Origin: an uncultured Bacilli bacterium
GTDB taxonomy: Bacteria; Bacillota_I; Bacilli_A; RF39; UBA660
Length of the DNA: 64,000 bases
Direction: 5' to 3'
NCBI GenBank assembly: GCA_934141535.1
Contig: CAKPCH010000004.1
Span: forward strand, 56,755 to 120,754
This document shows, piece by piece, positions 56,493-64,000 of this stretch. The notes beneath the pieces were generated by a model. It was not told the origin of the DNA. It searched no databases and saw only the letters and a list, made by a program, of their open reading frames with translations. Both the position numbers and the translations under genes were made by a program. Position 1 is the first letter of the stretch. Each line of letters begins with the position of its first letter.

Positions 56493-58136
56493 TTAAATTT
56501 CTTGAATTACAATAATAATTACAGGTTTACTCTCTGTTTCTTTATAAAAATATTTACCTAATTTTTCTCTTATACTTAATTTTAGCTTATTATAATCTAT
56601 ATAATTTTCTTTTACATTAGATGTAATAACATCACTTACTATATTTTCTGATTCTTTAATAATATCTATATTATCTTTAACATAAATAAATCCTTTAGTT
56701 ATAACATTAGGTTTATTTATTATTTTTCTTGTTTTTTTATCTATATTAGCATTTACTATAACAATACCACTATCACTTAGCATCTCTCTATCTTTTAATA
56801 CTAAATCTCCTACATCTTCACTACTTTTTCCATCTATTAAAATTTCATCTACTTTAACAGTTTCTGATGTATCAGTTAAAACACCATCTATAAATGTAAG
56901 TACTTCTCCATTAAGTGTTAAAAGAATATTTTCTTCATTTATATTTAATTTGCGCGCTAAAAGAGCATTTTCTACTTGAAATCTATAATCTCCTGTAACT
57001 GGCATATAATATTTTGGTCTCATTAAATTTATCATCATCATTATGTCTTCTTTTGATGCATGAGGAGATAAGAATTTTTTAGATAAAATAATTAGTTTAG
57101 AACCTATTTTAGCTATTTTATTAAATATTTTGGTTGCTGTTATTTCTGAACCTTCATATACTGGAGATAAGAATGCTACAGTATCTGTTTCTTTTAAAGT
57201 AACAAATTTATCTGAACCTCTTAATATTCTTTTTAAACTAGAATATGGTTTTTCTCTTTCATTAGATATTACAACTATAATATTTTCATCATTTACATGA
57301 CTAATTGTTTTAATTCTATTAATATCAAATTTTATATAATCTAATTCTATACCTTTTTTTATAATATTCTCTAATGATTTACCCATTATTACTATATTTC
57401 TATCTGTTTTCATAATTTCATTAAATAATTCTTGAAGTCTATATATTTGAGTTTCAAATATATTAAAGAATATTCTTCCTTCATTCTCATCTAATGTAGT
57501 TCTTATTATTGAAGATGCTTGATGATTTGGAGAAGTATAACCTGTTTTTTCTGAATAAAGTGATTCATTCATAAGGCATAATACTCCTTGTTTTCCTATA
57601 TATGCAAGTTTTCCTATATCCATAGAATATGGACCTGTCATTGATGGATCAAATAAATAATTGCCAGTAAAGCATATAGCACCATCTTTTGTATTTAAGA
57701 CATATAAGAAACTATCTGGTAAAGCATGAGAAACTTGTATTGGGAATATTTCTTCATCACCAAATGATATTTTTTTATGTGCTTTTACTTCTATTAAATT
57801 TGCACTTTTTATTCCACTTTCTTCTAAATCTTGTTTTATTATTTCAAGTGTGAATTTACCACCATATATTTTAACATCTTTTAAATCTTCTAAAATGTCA
57901 GCTAAAGCTCCCATTTGTTCATCATGTCCATGTGTTATAAATATACCTTTTATTCTATCTTTATTTTCTATTAAATAATCATAATTTGGAATAATATAGT
58001 CTACTCCAAGTAATTTATCATCAGCATATTTTAATCCTGCTTCAAAAACATATATATTTTCATTTACTTCTACTACATACATGTTTTTTCCTATTTCATT
58101 TTGCCCGCCTAAGGCAAAAATTTTAATTTTACTCAT
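56493..58136 (-). CDS. RNase J-family (metallo-beta-lactamase / beta-CASP) protein with degenerate catalytic motifs
   Basis: Co-linear with B. subtilis RNase J1 (FALGG ... EIGKN ... IDYVIP), but motif II reads HGHDEQ instead of HGHEDH, motif IV reads TGNY instead of TGDF, and the beta-CASP motif C position is T instead of H (PVTGDY versus PIHGEY). Confidence 0.75.
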   Translation of the reverse strand: MSKIKIFALGGQNEIGKNMYVVEVNENIYVFEAGLKYADDKLLGVDYIIPNYDYLIENKDRIKGIFITHGHDEQMGALADILEDLKDVKIYGGKFTLEIIKQDLEESGIKSANLIEVKAHKKISFGDEEIFPIQVSHALPDSFLYVLNTKDGAICFTGNYLFDPSMTGPYSMDIGKLAYIGKQGVLCLMNESLYSEKTGYTSPNHQASSIIRTTLDENEGRIFFNIFETQIYRLQELFNEIMKTDRNIVIMGKSLENIIKKGIELDYIKFDINRIKTISHVNDENIIVVISNEREKPYSSLKRILRGSDKFVTLKETDTVAFLSPVYEGSEITATKIFNKIAKIGSKLIILSKKFLSPHASKEDIMMMINLMRPKYYMPVTGDYRFQVENALLARKLNINEENILLTLNGEVLTFIDGVLTDTSETVKVDEILIDGKSSEDVGDLVLKDREMLSDSGIVIVNANIDKKTRKIINKPNVITKGFIYVKDNIDIIKESENIVSDVITSNVKENYIDYNKLKLSIREKLGKYFYKETESKPVIIIVIQEI

Positions 58137-58251
58137 AAATTCTCCTTTCTTTTATTTTTTATATTTATATAAGATTTGAGTGCTAAATAATTATACCATT
58201 TAATGTATAAAAAATCAATTTAAAAGAATAAGTAGTTATTTGCTTATTCTT

Positions 58252-58935
58252 TTATTCATCAAATACATCAAAGTATTCACCACTATCTAAATAAAGTATA
58301 CCTTTTTTATTATCAAATGATAAAATCATTTCAAAATATTTATTTAGTGTTAAACCTCTATTTAATGTTATATAAATATAATTACCATCATTCATAAGTA
58401 TAAAGAATCTCTCATCATCTACATCATTTGGTTTATACTCTATTTCAGACATTCTATTTAATATGTCTTTATTGATACGTTGCATAAGATTTAAAAATTT
58501 ATTATAAACTGTATCTGGTATTTTATTAATAACTGTTACTACAGTACTTTTATCATCTATTTTATATCCATTATATAATACATATTTATTTTCTGGTTGA
58601 TAGTAAAATAATGGATAATTTTCTTCTACTTTTATATGTACTTTATTAATAAAACCAGTTTTATAAACTTTAGCACTTAATATATAAGTATTATTCTCTA
58701 ATCTTTTTTTTATTGTCATTGAATTATTATTAAGAGAATTAGGATAATTCTTTATGTTTGCTATATCTATTATTTGTTGATCACTTAAAAAGTCATTACC
58801 ACTTATATATATATTTTTTATTTTTACATTAACTATACCATATATAAATAAGATAATAAGAAAAACAAAGATTATAAATTTAAAGAATCTTTTTTTATTT
58901 AATTTTCTTTTGTTTTTCTTCCCTTTTTTACTCAT
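58252..58935 (-). CDS. divIB: Cell division protein DivIB/FtsQ
   Basis: Basic N-terminus, single TM, POTRA-like extracellular domain; position between murB and the ftsA-ftsZ pair. Confidence 0.7.
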   Translation of the reverse strand: MSKKGKKNKRKLNKKRFFKFIIFVFLIILFIYGIVNVKIKNIYISGNDFLSDQQIIDIANIKNYPNSLNNNSMTIKKRLENNTYILSAKVYKTGFINKVHIKVEENYPLFYYQPENKYVLYNGYKIDDKSTVVTVINKIPDTVYNKFLNLMQRINKDILNRMSEIEYKPNDVDDERFFILMNDGNYIYITLNRGLTLNKYFEMILSFDNKKGILYLDSGEYFDVFDE

Positions 58936-58943
58936 AGTATCAC

Positions 58944-59840
58944 CTAATCTACAAATTCTTGTTCAACATGTAATTCAATATTATATTTTTCTTTTACTTT
59001 ATCTTTAATTTCATTAATTAATTTTTTTATATCTTCACCTGTTGCGTTACCATTATTTATTATAAAGTTAGCATGTTTTTCACTAACTTTAGCGCCCCCT
59101 ATACTTTTTCCTTTATATCCTATATCTTCTATTAATCTACCAGCAAAGTCATTTTCTGGATTTCTAAATACTGATCCAGCACTTGGATATTCAAGAGGCT
59201 GAGTTTCCATTCTCCTTGCTTTTCTTGTTTCTATTAATTCCATTATTTCTTGTGGATTTCCTTTTATAAGTGTTATATTAACTTCTAAACAAATATAATT
59301 TTTATGTTTTTGTAAGAATGATGTTCTATAATGAAAGTCTAAGTCTTTATTTTTTAATATTTTTATTTTATAATCTGGAGTTAATACTTTTACACTAGTA
59401 ACTATATATCCCATATCTGTTTTATATGCACCAGCATTCATATATACTGCACCACCAACAGTACCTGGTATACCTGTAGCAAACTCCATTCCAGTAAATC
59501 CTAATCTAGATACTCTTAAGGCTAATTTATTTAGCATATAACCAGCACCCACTGTTATCTTATTACCTATTATTTTTAAATCAGTAAAATTAGATAATTT
59601 TATAATAACTCCTTCATATAAAGAATCATTAAAAATAACATTAGAACCATTACCTAATATTTTATGTTTTATATTATTTGTAGTTAAATATTTTAATAAC
59701 TTAATTAATCCATCTTCATCATCAGGAATTACGAGCGCTAAAACCTTACCACCTACTTTATAAGTAGTATAATCTTTCATATATACATTATCTAATACTT
59801 TTCCTACATGTAATTTTTTTAAATTATCTATTAGTTGCAT
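58944..59840 (-). CDS. murB: UDP-N-acetylenolpyruvoylglucosamine reductase
   Basis: FAD-binding N-terminus (YTTYKVGG ... ILGNGSNV) and the C-terminal MurB domain; 298 aa. Confidence 0.9.
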   Translation of the reverse strand: MQLIDNLKKLHVGKVLDNVYMKDYTTYKVGGKVLALVIPDDEDGLIKLLKYLTTNNIKHKILGNGSNVIFNDSLYEGVIIKLSNFTDLKIIGNKITVGAGYMLNKLALRVSRLGFTGMEFATGIPGTVGGAVYMNAGAYKTDMGYIVTSVKVLTPDYKIKILKNKDLDFHYRTSFLQKHKNYICLEVNITLIKGNPQEIMELIETRKARRMETQPLEYPSAGSVFRNPENDFAGRLIEDIGYKGKSIGGAKVSEKHANFIINNGNATGEDIKKLINEIKDKVKEKYNIELHVEQEFVD

Positions 59841-59842
59841 AT

Positions 59843-60925
59843 CTATTTCCTATCTATAAGTGATACTATATTTTCATATATAACAGTAGCACTATTATCT
59901 ACACTTAATTTTTTTAAATTTGTTTTAATTTTATTTATTTTTTCTTTATCATTTATTATATCATCTATTTTTCTTAAAAGTATATCTCCTTTTAAATCTT
60001 TTTCTTCTAATATAATAGCAGCTTCATTATTTACTAAATCCATGGCATTCTTATATTGATGATTATTTGGAACATATGGACTTGGTATTAATATTGAAGG
60101 TAATTTAAGCGCTATTATTTCACTTAAAGTAGAAGCACCTGCCCTAGTAACAATAAGATCTGTCCTCTTCATAATTCTTGTCATATCGTCTATATAAGGA
60201 ACTACTTTAACATTATTTGGAAATTTATTTTTAATTATTTCATCATAATAATTCTTACCTGTAACAAACAAAATTTCATAATCTTTATTATTAAATAAAG
60301 ACATGCTTTTAACCATAAACTCATTAATTTTACTAGATCCTAAAGAACCCATTACTATTAAAACTAGTTTTTTAGTTTCTTTTAGACCAAATACTTTTTT
60401 ATCTATTGGCTCTTTTTTTATAGCATCCTCACTACATGGATTACCTGTAAATACTACTTTTTCTTTTGGAAATTCATTTAAGCTTGATTTAAATGAAACT
60501 CCTATTCTGTCTACTTTACTTGATAATGAAAGGTTTGCTTTACCAGCTACACTATTTTGTTCATGTATAAATGTTTTAATATTAAGGGACTTAGCAGCAC
60601 TTATAACTGGAACAGTTACATAACCTCCAACACCTATAACAATATCTGGTTTAAACTCTTTTATTATATTTTTACAAGTTTTTTTAGCCTTAACTAAACA
60701 TTTTATTGTTCTAAAATTATTAAGTAAATGTCTTCTATCAAATCCATATATTTCTATTGATTTATAAGGTATACCATATTTTGGTACTATATCTTTTTCC
60801 ATTCTATTATGTGTACCTATATATAAAAACTCACTTTTAGGTTCTTTTTCTTTAATCTTATTTATTATTGCGAGTGCTGGATAAATATGTCCTCCAGTAC
60901 CACCTGCACTTATGACTACTCTCAT
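59843..60925 (-). CDS. murG: UDP-N-acetylglucosamine--N-acetylmuramyl-(pentapeptide) pyrophosphoryl-undecaprenol GlcNAc transferase
   Basis: VVISAGGTGGHIYPALAI N-terminal signature; 360 aa. Confidence 0.9.
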   Translation of the reverse strand: MRVVISAGGTGGHIYPALAIINKIKEKEPKSEFLYIGTHNRMEKDIVPKYGIPYKSIEIYGFDRRHLLNNFRTIKCLVKAKKTCKNIIKEFKPDIVIGVGGYVTVPVISAAKSLNIKTFIHEQNSVAGKANLSLSSKVDRIGVSFKSSLNEFPKEKVVFTGNPCSEDAIKKEPIDKKVFGLKETKKLVLIVMGSLGSSKINEFMVKSMSLFNNKDYEILFVTGKNYYDEIIKNKFPNNVKVVPYIDDMTRIMKRTDLIVTRAGASTLSEIIALKLPSILIPSPYVPNNHQYKNAMDLVNNEAAIILEEKDLKGDILLRKIDDIINDKEKINKIKTNLKKLSVDNSATVIYENIVSLIDRK

Positions 60926-61027
60926 ATAATCACTCCTACTTTATTATACCATAATTATATGCAATTACAATAATTAATATAAAGAAAAAGCCCTAAAACA
61001 ATTTAAAGCTTTTATTAATTTAATATT

Positions 61028-62404
61028 TTAATATTCATATTTTTCTTTATTAAGCATTAATGTATTATAGTTTTCTTCATTAAGAGTAATTGTTATTTTT
61101 ACTAAAGAAGAAGTATTATAATTTCTTATAGTTTTATTTTTTATATCTTCTATAAATGCATGATAAATTTGATTATATGGAAAATCTTGTCTAGTAAAAT
61201 AGAAACTTATTACATTATAATTTTCTTCATATGTTGAACTATTATATAAAACAAAATCAAAATCACTTATATAATCTATATCTACTTTAATATTATTTAT
61301 ACTATTATCTATTATATAATTTGTATCATAATAATGCATATTAATTAATTGATTTTCTCTCATATCTATATAGTGAGTTACTATATGATGGTCAAAAGAT
61401 TCATAAGCACTTGTATCTACATACTTAAAATCTAAAACAGATAAAAATATTAATCCACTACTTATACCAAGTGATACTAATCCTATAATAAACATAATAA
61501 ATAATCTTTTTAAACTTTGATGTATATCAAATAAAAATTTTAATATATATTCTATTATTATATAAATTAGGAGTGTTATTGATAATATAAAGATTGCTAT
61601 TAATAGAAATAATATACTTTTATCTATATGATATATTGATAAAACACTTAAAAATATTGATATTAAGAATGAAAATAATATAGGAAATAGTATAAGTGCA
61701 AAAAAGATTTTTAGTATTATTTTAGCTACATTCTTTAATGTATTTGCAAACTTTAATGATGAGTGATTAGGATCTCTTATAACTATTTTTTCACTATATT
61801 CACCACTCACATCTTTATTTGATACTTTAACTAATTCATCTATTTTCTTTTTTTCATCAAATGTAAAATAATTTAAATATCTTTCTTTAAATAGATGAAA
61901 TACTACTATTATACCAAAGATAAAGAGTGCAAAAGAGATACTAGAACTTAATGCTTTATAAAAGAAATATCCATATGTATATGAGAAAGTTGTTAAAATT
62001 CTATATATTAAAGAATCTGTTACTAAATTAATTATATTTAAAAGAATAAATACTACAAGTGTTATAATACAAAGTTCAAATATACATTTAAACTTTCCTT
62101 TAAGTGTCATAGATTTTAACATATCATATGTTTTTGTAATTGTGTTTAATATTTTAGTAAATATATTTTCTTTTTTATTTTTAATAGGGGTTGAGCTCTC
62201 TCCAATAACACCATCATCCATAATATCTTCTAGATTACAATTTAAAACTTTACACAGCTGTATAATTTTTTCCATATCTGGATATGTAGAACCAGATTCC
62301 CATTTAGAAATTGATTGTCTTGATACTCCCATAATATCTGCTAACTGCTCTTGACTAAGATTATTACTTTTACGTAGTTTAGCAAGTTTATCACAAAACT
62401 TCAT
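61028..62404 (-). CDS. Membrane-bound HTH (XRE-family) transcriptional regulator
   Basis: N-terminal LAKLRKSNNLSQEQLADIMGVSRQSISKWESG HTH_3 domain followed by about 6 TM segments and a C-terminal extracytoplasmic domain. Confidence 0.6.
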   Translation of the reverse strand: MKFCDKLAKLRKSNNLSQEQLADIMGVSRQSISKWESGSTYPDMEKIIQLCKVLNCNLEDIMDDGVIGESSTPIKNKKENIFTKILNTITKTYDMLKSMTLKGKFKCIFELCIITLVVFILLNIINLVTDSLIYRILTTFSYTYGYFFYKALSSSISFALFIFGIIVVFHLFKERYLNYFTFDEKKKIDELVKVSNKDVSGEYSEKIVIRDPNHSSLKFANTLKNVAKIILKIFFALILFPILFSFLISIFLSVLSIYHIDKSILFLLIAIFILSITLLIYIIIEYILKFLFDIHQSLKRLFIMFIIGLVSLGISSGLIFLSVLDFKYVDTSAYESFDHHIVTHYIDMRENQLINMHYYDTNYIIDNSINNIKVDIDYISDFDFVLYNSSTYEENYNVISFYFTRQDFPYNQIYHAFIEDIKNKTIRNYNTSSLVKITITLNEENYNTLMLNKEKYEY

Positions 62405-62544
62405 TTTTTCACCTCCAAGTAAATTATATAATATATATAATGTGTGCTACACCAATTATCATTTTCTTTTTGTAAACTTTCGGTTGCACATATCTTATCA
62501 CATTACTTATTTTTTTTCAAGAAAAAAAGCTTTCTTTAAAAAGC

Positions 62545-64000
62545 TTATTCTGCATCTGTTCTAGATAATATAGAAGCAGGTGTTTTTCTTATTACGTTAA
62601 ATACTGGTATAAGACCTACTAATAAATTAAATAAATATACTATAAGAATAGATAATATTACTATTAATGGATTTATAACAAATGCATTACTTAAATATTT
62701 AATCTTAGAAATCATACTTAAGCAATATGCCATAAATAAAATTCCAGGAAGAGATGCTATTGTAGTTATAGCAAATATTTCTCCATAAAACATTTTATAA
62801 ATATCTTTCTTTTTAACTCCTATTGCCCTATATGTTCCTATTTCTTTTATTCTAGATAAGAATGAAGATCTACTCATTAAATACATTTCTATTAATGAAA
62901 TTATAATCATTATACTAGATACTATTAAAGTATTTTTATTTTGTTCTTTTAAAGATTCTTTATATTCAGATTTACTTAAATCATAACTATCTTTTATATT
63001 TAAATTATAATTTCTAAATTCATCTATTGCACTTTCTTTATCTTTAGCATATATAGTCATATTTTTACTACTTAAAATTAAACTATATTTTATAGTACTA
63101 GTATTAGTTAGATAAAAATCATATCCATCAGAACTAAAATAATATCCTACTACTTTTAGTTTTCTATCATTAATTTTCTGATCTATTTCTTTATCTAATT
63201 TCATACTATCTTTGTTATCAATATTTACTATTATTTCATAATCTTCAGTTGGATATTTACCTTCTTTTAACTCAATTTTTTCTTTATATAAATCATAATC
63301 AATTATACCAGTAGTAGATTCTCCAATATAATTATCGTTATTATTTTTTGAATTATACAATATATTTATAAAATCACTTGAAGACGTATATATAGAAGGA
63401 CTATCTAAGTTAGTAATACCAACTATTTTATATTCACCCATGTTATCTATTGATACATATCTATCTAATATTTGATTTATATCTTTAATACCTACCATTT
63501 GCATTTCTTCACTATTATTTATAGCTCTTTTAAGTGCTAAAGAATCTATTACTATTTCATGATTATTACTTGGCATAGTACCTAATATTAAATCTTTATC
63601 ATCTATCATATTTATATCTGATAAAGATCCTTTAATAAATGCAGTAGTATTTGTTGTTTGATAATAATCATTTAATTTTAATTTTAAATTAATTATAGAA
63701 TTACCTGGTAATATATAATTTACTAATGGATTATTTTCATATGTACCATAATCATCTAAATTAAGTTTTTTCTGTTCTATAGTCAAATAATTTTTATTAT
63801 ATGTTACAAAGTTTTCATCTTTATATGTTAGTGTAGCACATATACTACTAACTGCATACATGATAAATGCTCCAGATATAATAAACCCTATTAATAATAT
63901 TTTCTTTAATACTGAGTAATCAAATACTTTTTTAAATCCATTTATAAGAAGTGTAAAAGGATTTAATATTGAAGAATATTTTTTCTTTATATTTTTATTT
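62545..64000 (-). CDS. FtsX-like ABC transporter permease (5' end outside the window)
   Basis: C-terminal 4-TM FtsX fold (GTYRAIGVKKKDIYKMFYGEIFAITT ...). The reading frame stays open upstream of the listed ATG to the window edge, and the upstream residues (...LLIGFIISGAF) form a TM helix. Confidence 0.6.
   Translation of the reverse strand, partial: NKNIKKKYSSILNPFTLLINGFKKVFDYSVLKKILLIGFIISGAFIMYAVSSICATLTYKDENFVTYNKNYLTIEQKKLNLDDYGTYENNPLVNYILPGNSIINLKLKLNDYYQTTNTTAFIKGSLSDINMIDDKDLILGTMPSNNHEIVIDSLALKRAINNSEEMQMVGIKDINQILDRYVSIDNMGEYKIVGITNLDSPSIYTSSSDFINILYNSKNNNDNYIGESTTGIIDYDLYKEKIELKEGKYPTEDYEIIVNIDNKDSMKLDKEIDQKINDRKLKVVGYYFSSDGYDFYLTNTSTIKYSLILSSKNMTIYAKDKESAIDEFRNYNLNIKDSYDLSKSEYKESLKEQNKNTLIVSSIMIIISLIEMYLMSRSSFLSRIKEIGTYRAIGVKKKDIYKMFYGEIFAITTIASLPGILFMAYCLSMISKIKYLSNAFVINPLIVILSILIVYLFNLLVGLIPVFNVIRKTPASILSRTDAE

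Noticed and set aside
1-64000. tRNA/rRNA genes and CRISPR arrays
   Set aside because: I scanned the intergenic regions for GC-richer 70-90 nt blocks with GTTC/TTCGA-like T-loop signatures and for regularly spaced direct repeats. None was found. The only sizeable repeat is the protein-coding duplication at 33.9-34.2 kb versus 39.6-40.0 kb.

Overview
This 64-kb window is very AT-rich (about 25% GC by eye) and comes from an endospore-forming, low-GC Firmicute. Gene content and local order point to a Clostridia-class chromosome; I cannot name the species from sequence alone. No rRNA, tRNA, CRISPR array, transposase or phage integrase was found.

Most of the window is core chromosome:
- 1-19.5 kb, mostly plus strand: cmk, an AlaRS-like gene, a tRNA-modification trio (TtcA-like, queH, tcdA), nusB-xseA-xseB, an RNase R/II family gene, and the sporulation genes spoIIP, spoIVB and spoIIM.
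- About 19.5-20.3 kb: an 800-bp AT-rich intergenic gap.
- 20.3-32.4 kb: zupT, deoB, xerD, rarA, a holA-like gene and a short smc.
- 34.7-39.3 kb: two tandem alpha/beta-type SASP genes with sigmaG-type promoters, thiI, and yqeG-yqeH.
- 50-64 kb: ylmC/ymxH, dagK-like, sigG, fhs, ftsZ, ftsA, an RNase J-like gene with degenerate catalytic motifs, divIB, murB, murG, an HTH-membrane regulator and a partial FtsX-type permease.

Two accessory features stand out. First, two paralogous secreted or pilin-like proteins (32431-34587 and 39402-40388; the second has a type IV prepilin N-terminus) share a Cys-containing about 190-aa domain and about 85% DNA identity across it. They bracket the SASP-thiI-yqeGH block, and a GT4 glycosyltransferase sits next to the second one. 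Second, and the most interesting candidate for an undescribed system, is a tightly packed nine-gene minus-strand operon at 42121-50038. It runs radical SAM, Nudix, P-loop kinase, HprK-like P-loop, DegT-family PLP enzyme, APH-fold kinase, Nudix, PHP phosphoesterase, NDP-sugar dehydrogenase. It does not match any pathway I recognise. It may make a phosphorylated or aminated sugar or nucleotide derivative, possibly tied to glycosylation of the adjacent surface proteins.

Every call rests on motif recognition in the supplied translations and on reading the DNA by eye. No database search or computation was possible. Several ORF-track starts were re-placed on RBS evidence and are noted in the feature list.
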